Assembly: GCA_049322595.1 (NCBI GenBank)
Contig: JBMORR010000003.1
Location: 1 to 33,018, forward strand
Direction: 5' to 3'
Origin: Patescibacteria group bacterium
GTDB taxonomy: Bacteria; Patescibacteriota; Patescibacteriia; XYB2-FULL-38-15
DNA length: 33,018 nt
In this document: piece after piece, positions 1-10,688 of the stretch
Layout of the letters: every line of letters starts with the position of its first letter
Position numbering within the stretch: position 1 is the stretch's first letter
The notes under the pieces: model-generated
Databases searched by the model: none
Told to the model about the DNA's origin: nothing
What the model saw: only the letters and a program-made list of their open reading frames with translations
Made by a program: the position numbers and the translations under genes

Positions 1-62
1 CGAAACTTGTAAAAAATTTATTTATAAACATAAAACCCCGTATTTATTTTGAGGTCTTCTTA

Positions 63-1334
63 TTAAAATAAACTTTCCTGTTTTATTTTTTCTTTTTCTT
101 TATCGTCGAACAATCTTACTGTTCCGTAAACCCCATCATACCCAGGCTCAATTTTTACTTTTCCTTCACGATTGCGCCGAATCGCCTCAACAATTTCCGG
201 TAAAGTAATTTTGGCTAATTCTTCGTAAGATAAATCTAAAAGCACCCGAAACTCGCTGCCACCTTTTAAAAGCAAATTTTCATATTCTCGCGTTACAGCT
301 TTTGTTCTCCGCCCAAAAACGCCGAGTGCCTCGGCAATCGCATCATCTAACCCCACTAAACTTTTATAATCAATCGTGCCTTCTGGCCGCCTTCCTTCTG
401 GACGGTCTGCTAATTTTTCCACGCGATTTAAAACACCAACCGTAACTGGTCGCCCGCAAACCGGACATATTCCTTTTCTCTTTCGCGTCTCTTCTGGCGA
501 CATTTTTATTTTGCATGCTCGATGTCCATCTACGTGGTACATTCCTTCTTCCGGATAAAATTCAACTGTATATAAAAATTTATTTTTGTCTTTCTCTCGG
601 ATGATCCGACAAATCTCATCATAAAAATTTTTTACACCATCATCAATTTCAAAAACATCTGCCTCGCGTCCAATATTTTCCGGGGAATGCGCGTCCGAAT
701 GCGAAACTAAAGTTATCTTATCCAACTTTTTCAATCGCCAGTTCATCGGCGGATCTGATGAAAGCCCTGTTTCCACCGCATAAATTTTTGGCGTCAATTC
801 ATCAAAACATTCTTCCAGTGACTCAAACCCTGATTTTGATCCAAACACTGCAAACCATGGTGTCCAGGCATGAGCCGGAATTACCATACATCGCTCATCA
901 ATTTCCAAAACGATTTCTAAAAGCTTTTTCGCGTCCAATCCTAAAATCGGACGTCCGTCAGAAGCCAATTTTCCGAGTGCTCCTAATTTTTCATTAATTT
1001 TTGCTGCGATTTCAAGCGTTGGCGCGAAAATTAAAATATGCAACCTCCGACATTTTCCGCCTTTTGAATAAATGCAGCTTACTTCCGTCGAAATAAAAAA
1101 ATAAACTGGCTGCGTAGCTTGCTTTTCATCTTCCGCTAATTCATATAAACCGTTTTTTGCCAATTTCAATTTACTCTTTAATTCCGAAAACCATTTTGGA
1201 TGCGTAAAATCAGCGCAGGAAATAATATCCACTCCTTTTTTCCGGGACCACTCGGCAATAATTTCCGGAACAAGCCTTGGCGAGCAGGCGCGGGAATATT
1301 TTGAATGGATATGTAAATCGCTAATATAGCGCAT
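63..1334 (-). CDS. Endonuclease Q-like PHP-domain phosphoesterase with zinc ribbon
   Basis: 423-aa ORF. It has an N-terminal PHP signature (DLHIHSKYSRACS), a later HSDAH metal motif, and a HVDGHRAC...CPVCGRP zinc-ribbon-like segment followed by a helical tail. Size and architecture match my recollection of the EndoQ/TIGR00375 family. Confidence 0.6.
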   Translation of the reverse strand: MRYISDLHIHSKYSRACSPRLVPEIIAEWSRKKGVDIISCADFTHPKWFSELKSKLKLAKNGLYELAEDEKQATQPVYFFISTEVSCIYSKGGKCRRLHILIFAPTLEIAAKINEKLGALGKLASDGRPILGLDAKKLLEIVLEIDERCMVIPAHAWTPWFAVFGSKSGFESLEECFDELTPKIYAVETGLSSDPPMNWRLKKLDKITLVSHSDAHSPENIGREADVFEIDDGVKNFYDEICRIIREKDKNKFLYTVEFYPEEGMYHVDGHRACKIKMSPEETRKRKGICPVCGRPVTVGVLNRVEKLADRPEGRRPEGTIDYKSLVGLDDAIAEALGVFGRRTKAVTREYENLLLKGGSEFRVLLDLSYEELAKITLPEIVEAIRRNREGKVKIEPGYDGVYGTVRLFDDKEKEKIKQESLF

Positions 1335-1351
1335 GATTTTAAAAATAAAAA

Positions 1352-2101
1352 TTATTCAGATTTCTCCATTAATGATTGGGCTAAATTTAATTGCTCGGGA
1401 GTATTAACCCCCACGGCTTCTGTCGGATCATCTGTAACCAGGGTTTCCACTTTTTGGTTTTCGGAAATCGCTAAATGAACTAAATCTGTAAGATAAAATT
1501 CTCCCTGGGCATTATCACAATTTATTTTTGCCAAATTCTCCCAGAGCCAGTCTGACTTAAAACAAAAAAATGATGGATTAACTTCGGAAATCTTCAATTG
1601 CTCTTCTGTCGCATCTTTTTTTTCTACAATTGCGACCACTTCCCCCGCTTCATTTCTAACAATACGCCCAAAATCATTAAATGTTCCCCGCCACTCCCCA
1701 AAATCAGGAAGTCGCAAAGTAACCATTGTTAACACTGCCTGTTTTTTTTCATGCGCATCAACAAGATTCTTTAAGGTCTCTGGCCGAAGAAATGGCGCAT
1801 CACCATTGATGACAATAATATTCTCAACGCCGGTTAAATAGCTTTCCGCGCAAGAAACAGCATGAGCTGTTCCAAGCTGCTCTGCTTGCAGAACATAGCT
1901 GCAAATTGTCCCTAAATATTTTTTAATAATTTCGGTGCCATATCCAATAATAACAACTGGTCGTTTTGTCACTCCTGATTCCAAAACAGATTCAACCACT
2001 CTTTGAATCATCGCCTTTCCCCCAACTTCGCGCAAAACCTTGGGCAAACCACTACCCATCCGCTTGCCTTTGCCCGCCGCCAAAATGACTACTTGGTTCA
2101 T
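1352..2101 (-). CDS. Sugar-1-phosphate nucleotidyltransferase, GlmU N-terminal-domain-like (no LbH acetyltransferase domain)
   Basis: Motifs LAAGKGKRM and AEQLGTAHAV resemble the GlmU pyrophosphorylase domain. I prefer the internal ATG at 2101 (MNQVVILAAGKGKRM) over the ORF-track start at 2155, because a TTGAAA-17-TAATCT promoter lies inside the upstream extension. Confidence 0.75.
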   Translation of the reverse strand: MNQVVILAAGKGKRMGSGLPKVLREVGGKAMIQRVVESVLESGVTKRPVVIIGYGTEIIKKYLGTICSYVLQAEQLGTAHAVSCAESYLTGVENIIVINGDAPFLRPETLKNLVDAHEKKQAVLTMVTLRLPDFGEWRGTFNDFGRIVRNEAGEVVAIVEKKDATEEQLKISEVNPSFFCFKSDWLWENLAKINCDNAQGEFYLTDLVHLAISENQKVETLVTDDPTEAVGVNTPEQLNLAQSLMEKSE

Positions 2102-2126
2102 ATATTTTAAAAAACACTTTAAAATA

Positions 2127-2155
2127 AGATTACCCGAATTACTAAATATTTTCAA
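2127..2155 (-). promoter_or_regulatory. Sigma70-like promoter for the nucleotidyltransferase/EndoQ-like genes
   Basis: On the minus strand: TTGAAA (2150-2155), a 17-nt spacer, then TAATCT (2127-2132), about 25 nt upstream of the ATG at 2101. Confidence 0.45.
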
Positions 2156-2160
2156 GATTT

Positions 2161-2193
2161 AAAAAAATCGCCTGGAATAACATTTTCAGACGA
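2161..2193 (-). terminator. Rho-independent terminator downstream of 5S rRNA
   Basis: Minus-sense TCGTCTG...CAGGCGA forms a 7-bp stem (one G-U pair) with a 12-nt loop, followed by TTTTTTT (the plus-strand A-run at 2161-2167). Confidence 0.55.
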
Positions 2194-2216
2194 CTTTTTT
2201 ATTTTTAACCTGAAAA

Positions 2217-2322
<106 letters not shown>

Positions 2323-2373
2323 ATTTCAAGCTAAAAAAGCTTGAAATATTTTGTATGTTTGAACAATTCTTGT

Positions 2374-5404
<3,031 letters not shown>

Positions 5405-5495
5405 ACAAGAATTGTTAAAACATACTTTTTACAATTCTTATCTTATTTTTTGGTTCTCTTTTTTTGATGTTGGGTATACAAGATGCTCTTTTATT

Positions 5496-5511
5496 CAATT
5501 TTCAATGAACA
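5496..5511 (-). promoter_or_regulatory. boxA-like antitermination element in the 23S leader
   Basis: Minus-sense TGTTCATTGAAAATTG matches about 13 of 16 positions of the Gram-positive rrn boxA (TGTTCTTTGAAAACTA, from memory). It sits about 90 nt upstream of the 23S 5' end and is preceded by a GC hairpin (TCCCGC...GCGGGA). Confidence 0.45.
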
Positions 5512-5600
5512 AATTCTTTTTTGTTTCCCGCGGTTCATCCGCTAGACACTGGACAAACAGCGGGAGCAAAAAATAATTTTTTAATTTTTGAAAAAAGGAC

Positions 5601-5623
5601 TAAAAAACCGCCTTTCCGGCGGC
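5601..5623 (-). terminator. Short GC hairpin plus U-run (weak terminator or leader structure)
   Basis: Minus-sense CCGCC-GGAAA-GGCGG is followed by TTTTTT. The stem is only 5 bp, so the call is uncertain. Confidence 0.4.
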
Positions 5624-5775
5624 ATGCAAAAGACCAAAAAATAGGTTAGCCGCTCGGGAACTTAAAAGTTAAAACTTGTTTTACCATATTTTGTCCAATA
5701 TCAGAGGAAAATCGTCAAAAAGCGTTTATGGATAAAATGTGGACAACTTCCTCCGCTTTTTCTTATTACATTAAT

Positions 5776-5804
5776 ATTTTAATACTACTTTAAAAAGCTG
5801 TCAA
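5776..5804 (-). promoter_or_regulatory. Near-consensus sigma70 promoter (TTGACA-17-TAAAAT) upstream of the 23S leader
   Basis: Minus-sense TTGACA (5799-5804), a 17-nt spacer, then TAAAAT (5776-5781). It lies immediately downstream of the cyclase stop codon. Confidence 0.45.
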
Positions 5805-5815
5805 GGGTATTTTAT

Positions 5816-7843
5816 TTATTTAAATTTTAAGTGATAAATTCCATCAAAATCAGCTAACGGAGAAGCAATGAATTCCTCCAGTCTCTCCTTCAAAACCCTA
5901 CTTGGACCATCATCGGGAAATTCAATTAAAATTTCTTCGAAAATAGTTTTAGCCGCGGCCCAATCTTTTTCTAAGTATAATTCAAAACCGTGTTCAAATC
6001 TGTGAAGCAAATTTTTATAACTTTCTTTTTCTCCGATAAACCCTAGCACTTCATAAATTTTTACGCCCTGCATTTTTCCTTTCACGGCAACACAGTCAAT
6101 CTGGCGCAAAACGAATTTATCCTTTACTGCTTCAGCAGTCGATCCGGAAATAATTATTCCCACTCCGTAAAATTTTGTCAGAGATTCAAGTCGCGAGGCA
6201 AGATTAACATTGTCGCCGATAACCGTATAATCAAACCTGTCATCAGAACCTATGTTGCCAACGACTGCTTCGCCAGTATTCAAACCAATCCCAATTTTAA
6301 TTTCCGGATAATTTAATTTTTTCCACTCTTCGTTTTTTTCTTTTAGCCTCCGCGACATTAAAAGCGCTGTTCTGACAGCTGCTATGGCATGGTTTTCGTG
6401 CGGCAGCGGAGCGCCCCAAAAAGCCATAATTGCGTCGCCAATAAATTTATCCACCACTCCGTGATTCTCCAAAATTATATCAGCCATAGCAGTTAAATAT
6501 TTATTAAGCAGCCCGACTAATCCTTGGGCATCCATTTTTTCCGAAACCGAAGTAAAACCACGGATATCGGAAAAAAGAATTGTTAAGTTTTTTGTCTCTC
6601 CGCCCAACTTAACTTTTTCCGGATGAGCTAAAATTTCATTAACCACATCTTTGGCAACATAAAGAGAAAAATACTTTTTCAATTTTCTTTTTTCTTCTCT
6701 GATTAAAAGGTAGCGGAGAATAACGCCAAGACCATAAACTAAAATAAAAACAAGCAGTGGATAAAAAATCGGCAAAATTTTTCCCTCGGAAAAAAATATC
6801 GCGGCAATAATAAGGTAGATTATAAGATACGGAAGAAATAATGGCAGGGCAAAGCGCAATTTCAAATAGGAAACAGAAAATGCCGCGACTACCGCGATGG
6901 CCAAAAAAATTAAAAAAATTATTCTGGGATTATTTATTTCATGCAGCGTTTTGTTTTTTAAAAATGATTCCACCACGTTAGCATGAATTTCTACTCCAGA
7001 AACCGGCCTGCCCTCAGAGGGCGGCACAAAATACTCATCATGTAAGTCAGCTGCTTCGGAGCCAACCAAAACAATTTTATCCCGAAATTGTTCCAAGCTT
7101 TTCTCGCTTCGGAGAACGTCGACGAAAGAGTATTTTTTAAAAGTATTAGCCGGGCCGAAGAAAAAAATTCTCGCAAGGCCAAATTTGTCCAAAGGATACG
7201 CGCGCCCATCAAAAATAATTTCTTGGCTAAATTTTTCTGGCTCTTGAATTTTTATCCTTCCGGCAGTTTCTAAAATTTTCAAAGCAAATGATGCCGACAA
7301 TTCTTCTTCCGATTTAATCAAGAGAGGAGCGCGGCGGACTGTGCCATCCATATCTGCTATAAAAAGCGAGTGGCCAGTTATATAATTTTCCCTAATTTCC
7401 GGAATAGGTAAAAGGGTCTCGCGAAAAGATGGAAATTGCTCGACCTTTAAAGAAATTGCCCCCTCAAAGGGGAAAACCAAATTTTTATACGGCGCAATGG
7501 TTTTTAAAAAATCTTCATCGCCAATTCCCTTTTCTGAAAAAGTCACATCGTAACCAATAGCCCTTGCTCCAGCCTCCTCTAACTTTTTTATAAGATCGCC
7601 GTGAAAATTTCTCGGCCAAGGCCAAACACCGAGCTCTCGAATTGAGCGATTGTCTATGCTGACAATAACAATTTCGTCTGAAACCGACTCACGCAAAAAC
7701 AACCGATCAGTCATCTCTAAATCTGCCCAATTTAAAATCTGCCAATGGAAAACGGCAAAAATCAAAAAACTCCCGCCAAACGCGAGCGACACAGCCAAAA
7801 TCAATTTACTCCAAAACGGATTTTTTGAAAAAAATTTTTTCAT
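5816..7843 (-). CDS. CHASE2 sensor-domain class III adenylate/guanylate cyclase
   Basis: 675 aa. An N-terminal TM segment is followed by CHASE2-like motifs (IVIVSIDNRSIRELGVWPWPR, GARAIGYDVTF), then three TM helices. The C-terminal class III cyclase motifs are ILFSDIRGFTS, FIGDAIMAFWGAP and GLNTGEAVVGNIGS...YTVIGDNVNLASRLES. Confidence 0.9.
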   Translation of the reverse strand: MKKFFSKNPFWSKLILAVSLAFGGSFLIFAVFHWQILNWADLEMTDRLFLRESVSDEIVIVSIDNRSIRELGVWPWPRNFHGDLIKKLEEAGARAIGYDVTFSEKGIGDEDFLKTIAPYKNLVFPFEGAISLKVEQFPSFRETLLPIPEIRENYITGHSLFIADMDGTVRRAPLLIKSEEELSASFALKILETAGRIKIQEPEKFSQEIIFDGRAYPLDKFGLARIFFFGPANTFKKYSFVDVLRSEKSLEQFRDKIVLVGSEAADLHDEYFVPPSEGRPVSGVEIHANVVESFLKNKTLHEINNPRIIFLIFLAIAVVAAFSVSYLKLRFALPLFLPYLIIYLIIAAIFFSEGKILPIFYPLLVFILVYGLGVILRYLLIREEKRKLKKYFSLYVAKDVVNEILAHPEKVKLGGETKNLTILFSDIRGFTSVSEKMDAQGLVGLLNKYLTAMADIILENHGVVDKFIGDAIMAFWGAPLPHENHAIAAVRTALLMSRRLKEKNEEWKKLNYPEIKIGIGLNTGEAVVGNIGSDDRFDYTVIGDNVNLASRLESLTKFYGVGIIISGSTAEAVKDKFVLRQIDCVAVKGKMQGVKIYEVLGFIGEKESYKNLLHRFEHGFELYLEKDWAAAKTIFEEILIEFPDDGPSRVLKERLEEFIASPLADFDGIYHLKFK

Positions 7844-7849
7844 CGTGAA

Positions 7850-7872
7850 GAAAAACTCCGAAAAATCGGAGC
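7850..7872 (-). terminator. Intercistronic hairpin plus U-run between the FecR-domain gene and the cyclase gene (attenuator-like)
   Basis: Minus-sense CTCCGA-TTTT-TCGGAG is followed by TTTTTC. It lies in the 41-nt gap between the stop at 7885 and the start at 7843. Confidence 0.35.
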
Positions 7873-7884
7873 CTCTTTTTATTT

Positions 7885-9495
7885 TTACTGCAATGTTTCT
7901 AAACTTGTAACTTGAACATTAACTGTTGCCTCAAAGGTCCCCTCGTTGGAAGAATAGACCCCGCTGACAATTGCCGTGCCGATAGAACCGCTAGAGTAAA
8001 ACATTCCAGCGTTTACATAACCCATCGGCGCTCCGGTTACCCCTCGACTTACTGTCCAGGAAACGCTACCTGTTACGTCTTTTTTACTCCCGTCGCTCCA
8101 AACCGTTTCCGCTATAAGCTTGCTTGAACTTTGGGCGGGAATAGAAACTGGCATAGCGGAAATTTCAAGTCTTGTTATTGTTGGCGCAGGAGGTGGAGGA
8201 GGACAATCTGCATCACAGACTCCCGAGCCCTCTCCTAGTTCGCAAACGCCGTCGCCGCAAATTGGCCCCTGTGGTTGGTTGGTATTTGAATTTGCATTGA
8301 CTGCCGTATTTGTGTTTACGTTCTGCAACCCGCTATTAGTATTTTGTAAATTTAAAGGTTCGATAATAATCTCTTCCATTTTTGGCAAGAGGACCGGCGA
8401 GAGTTCTAGTTTTTGTTTAATAAATTCCAATTGTTTCGGCAGAAGTATCCGGTCTAAATAATTTTTGGTTGCCTCTCCATTGGTTCCGTTTTTAAAAGCC
8501 TGAACTTCTGCTTTCAAAAAATCGCGATCATAATAATCAGCCCGGCGAACCAATGATGCAATGTCCTGAACATTAGAAATGCTCTTTAGGGCTTGGAGCG
8601 CCCTCGTCCTTTCTCCCTCTATCAAAAGCAATCTCGCCGCCAAAAATTTTCTGGTTTCAAAATTTTTTATTTTTTGTTCTCGCGCCGATTTATCAAAAGT
8701 TAAAATTGTCGCAATCCTCTCGCCCAATCTTTTCGCTGGATAAAATCTTCCTCCTGGCAACGGACCAATTTGCCGCAAGATATTTTCTTTCCTCCCTTTT
8801 ATAAATTCTCTAAATTTCCCGTCGCGCAAAAAATTATTTTTAAACCACCTACCCGCTTTCCGTTCTTCGGTAATTTTAAAAATTTCTACTTGCCCTAAGT
8901 TTTTTATTTTACGCAAGTCTATCGATAATTCCTCGCCTGTTTTCAAAATCTGATTATCTTCACTTCCGTCCGCCAGGGCGAGTGCAACAGAATTTTCCAT
9001 CACAGCCACATCAATATCGCCATCTGTATTAGATATATTAAAAATCGTTCCCCGAACAGTCGCCACCACGCCGCCGGCTTCAACCTCAAAATACGCGTCT
9101 GGGTGAAGCAGCTCTAAAAGCCGATTCCAAATTTGGCCCTTTTTCAAATTTAATTTTATTTTTGTAAAAAACGGTGTTTCGGAATCTATAAAACTTTCTT
9201 CAATTACAACTTCGGAATTTTTATCAAGAGAAACTTCATTTGTATCAAACAAAACTATCCGCGCCAAACCAGTTTCATTGGTCTGTATCGTATCGCCAAC
9301 TTTTAATTCTATCTCGCCAGTCACTTCTCTAAATTCTTCCTCGCCGAATTTTATAAATACTCCTGGCTCTTCGGGCACAACAACAATTTTTAATTCGCTA
9401 AATTCAAGCGGCTTGGCATAAACCTGCACTGCCCAATATGACAACGCTCCAAAAACCAAAATTAAAATAACTAAAACTAGGATAATTTTTTTCAT
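7885..9495 (-). CDS. Membrane-anchored FecR-domain protein with helical middle region, Cys-rich/poly-Pro hinge and C-terminal Ig-like (Big_2-like) domain
   Basis: 536 aa. It has an N-terminal TM helix and a FecR-like beta region (GDTIQTNETGLARIVLFDTNEVSLDKNSEVVIEE). After that come an N-rich linker, CGDGVCELGEGSGVCDADCPPPPP, and a Big_2-like segment (KLIAETVWSDGSKKDVTGSVSWTVS). Confidence 0.7.
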   Translation of the reverse strand: MKKIILVLVILILVFGALSYWAVQVYAKPLEFSELKIVVVPEEPGVFIKFGEEEFREVTGEIELKVGDTIQTNETGLARIVLFDTNEVSLDKNSEVVIEESFIDSETPFFTKIKLNLKKGQIWNRLLELLHPDAYFEVEAGGVVATVRGTIFNISNTDGDIDVAVMENSVALALADGSEDNQILKTGEELSIDLRKIKNLGQVEIFKITEERKAGRWFKNNFLRDGKFREFIKGRKENILRQIGPLPGGRFYPAKRLGERIATILTFDKSAREQKIKNFETRKFLAARLLLIEGERTRALQALKSISNVQDIASLVRRADYYDRDFLKAEVQAFKNGTNGEATKNYLDRILLPKQLEFIKQKLELSPVLLPKMEEIIIEPLNLQNTNSGLQNVNTNTAVNANSNTNQPQGPICGDGVCELGEGSGVCDADCPPPPPAPTITRLEISAMPVSIPAQSSSKLIAETVWSDGSKKDVTGSVSWTVSRGVTGAPMGYVNAGMFYSSGSIGTAIVSGVYSSNEGTFEATVNVQVTSLETLQ

Positions 9496-9498
9496 AAA

Positions 9499-9516
9499 TT
9501 TGTTTATATAAACAAA
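9499..9516. promoter_or_regulatory. Perfect 18-bp palindrome TTTGTTTATATAAACAAA abutting the FecR-domain gene start
   Basis: The palindrome is read directly from the sequence. It sits 4-21 nt upstream of the ATG at 9495 and overlaps the only -10-like element there. Confidence 0.35.
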
Positions 9517-9555
9517 AAGAACATTCCAATTTTACCAAAATTAAAGTTTTTCGGC

Positions 9556-9589
9556 AATAAAAAGCGGGCTGCTATTTCTAGCTCCCGCT
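9556..9589 (-). terminator. Putative terminator of the GC-rich two-gene cassette
   Basis: Minus-sense AGCGGG...CCCGCT forms a 6-bp stem with a large 15-nt loop, followed by TTTTTATT. Confidence 0.35.
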
Positions 9590-9601
9590 GTAGCCGCTCC
9601 C

Positions 9602-9964
9602 CTAGGATTCAGGCTTAGGAAAAGCCTTCAACCCAATGAGAATGACAAAAAACGCGGCGATCATTCCCCCAAATGACCCCTGGATCATCCACCACACGCC
9701 ACCAAGGTACGCGCCAACAAGAAAGAGCAGGATGCTGCCGGAGAAAGTGAGGAAGCCGACGTCAGCTGCCACGTCGTACCAATCGTGATTCCTTCTCCTG
9801 CCGATCTTCCAGAGAATCGTGGCAAGCACTCCGCCAAGCGTGACGGCGCCGGCGGCAAAGCAGTAGGGCAGGCTAAGCCCCACATATGCCGTAAGGAGCG
9901 CAGCCAAGAAACTCCCGCCGAAACAAATGAGTATCCGACGAAATGCGTTCCTGGCAAAGCTCAT
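9602..9964 (-). CDS. Small 4-TM membrane protein (GC-rich cassette)
   Basis: I prefer the internal start MSFARNAF at 9964. A GGAGG lies about 9 nt upstream and the ATG is 1 nt after the receiver gene's TAA (TAAAATG). The ORF-track start at 10045 would overlap the receiver gene by 80 nt. The product has four hydrophobic helices. Confidence 0.55.
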   Translation of the reverse strand: MSFARNAFRRILICFGGSFLAALLTAYVGLSLPYCFAAGAVTLGGVLATILWKIGRRRNHDWYDVAADVGFLTFSGSILLFLVGAYLGGVWWMIQGSFGGMIAAFFVILIGLKAFPKPES

Positions 9965-9965
9965 T

Positions 9966-10367
9966 TTAGCTTGCCTCCTTCCCAGGGTTAACCCTTTCCT
10001 CAAGTAAACGGCAGATCTGCCGGGGAAGTTCTCGCTTCTCTTCACAATCGTGATCGCACCCGATTTCCATCATCATCTGACGAAATCTCGGAATGCTCGA
10101 TGCGGCAATGATCGGGCCGCAGAAGGTCTTACGAATTTCCGGAATCAGGGGCAAAGTGTCTGGCGTCTGCGCCTGGAACGCGGAACGGAGACATCCGTCC
10201 AGTACGACGACTCCAATATCCGGATTGCCGACGAAAAGCTCTCTGGCTTCGGCAAGTGTGTGAGCCGAAAGAACGGTCGCTTTTCCTCCGAGCCTCAGCG
10301 CAAGAGCCTTCTGCAACATCCTGTCGTCCTCAACTATGAGCACCTTCGGAAGTACTTCTTCGTCCAC
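9966..10367 (-). CDS. Stand-alone response-regulator receiver (CheY-like) protein
   Basis: 133 aa with a GTG start preceded by GGAGG. It shows the receiver pattern KVLIVEDD...VVVLDGCL...IIAASS and has no output domain. Confidence 0.7.
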   Translation of the reverse strand: MDEEVLPKVLIVEDDRMLQKALALRLGGKATVLSAHTLAEARELFVGNPDIGVVVLDGCLRSAFQAQTPDTLPLIPEIRKTFCGPIIAASSIPRFRQMMMEIGCDHDCEEKRELPRQICRLLEERVNPGKEAS

Positions 10368-10411
10368 TCCATCCTCCTTTTTCTCTCCTCCCTTTTTCAG
10401 CCGAATTTTTC

Positions 10412-10440
10412 AGATTATATTAAAATTAATTTTCTGTCAA
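10412..10440 (-). promoter_or_regulatory. Sigma70-like promoter of the GC-rich cassette
   Basis: Minus-sense TTGACA (10435-10440), a 17-nt spacer, then TAATCT (10412-10417). Confidence 0.45.
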
Positions 10441-10543
10441 CCCGTTAATGCCCGGTGAAGTGTCCTGACGCTATCCCTAGCCGTGCCCCATCTATCACAC
10501 ACTAATCAAAACCAATAATCTCCTGAATTTTTGAAATACAAAA

Positions 10544-10625
10544 TGGGCGAGGTGGGAGTCGAACCCACAACCCTTGCGGGACATGCTCCTAAGGCATGCG
10601 CGTATGCCAATTCCGCCACTCGCCC
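10544..10625 (-). tRNA. tRNA-Leu (anticodon UAG)
   Basis: The reverse complement folds as a class II tRNA. The acceptor is GGGCGAG/CTCGCCC, the anticodon stem is CATGC/GCATG with loop CTTAGGA, and there is a long variable arm plus T-arm GTGGG-TTCGACT-CCCAC. Confidence 0.9.
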
Positions 10626-10639
10626 AAAAATGATATAAT
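10611..10639 (+). promoter_or_regulatory. Extended -10 promoter (TGATATAAT) for the LTD protein gene
   Basis: TG-n-TATAAT at 10631-10639. The -35 (TTCCGC) is weak and overlaps the tRNA end. Confidence 0.35.
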
Positions 10640-10688
10640 ATTATCGACTTTATTTTAATTTATTTTTAACAAAAAAACAAGGAGGGGT

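Noticed and set aside
5484-5498. Plus-strand TGCTCTTTTATTCAA resembling the E. coli boxA (TGCTCTTTAACAA).
   Set aside because: It is on the wrong strand relative to the minus-strand rRNA operon. The minus-strand boxA-like element at 5496-5511 is the relevant one.
5600-5815. oriC candidate, because of DnaA-box-like 9-mers in an AT-rich intergenic region.
   Set aside because: There are only two good boxes, no dnaA, dnaN or other origin-flanking genes, and no obvious AT-rich 13-mer-type unwinding repeats. I kept it only as a low-interest regulatory note.
9685-10448. Overlapping ORFs 9685-9957 (-), 9785-9991 (+), 10050-10448 (+), and the N-terminal extension of the 147-aa ORF up to 10045.
   Set aside because: These are alternative-frame or antisense ORFs typical of GC-rich DNA. 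They lack SD sites and conflict with the receiver and membrane-protein genes, which do have SDs and recognisable features.
9500-10650. Classical tRNA-targeted genomic island, with an integrase and an att direct repeat of the tRNA 3' end.
   Set aside because: There is no integrase or recombinase ORF. I found no copy of the tRNA-Leu 3' sequence (GGGAGTCGAACCC...) at the distal border. The same negative result holds for the islets at 17017-17400 and 24230-25097.
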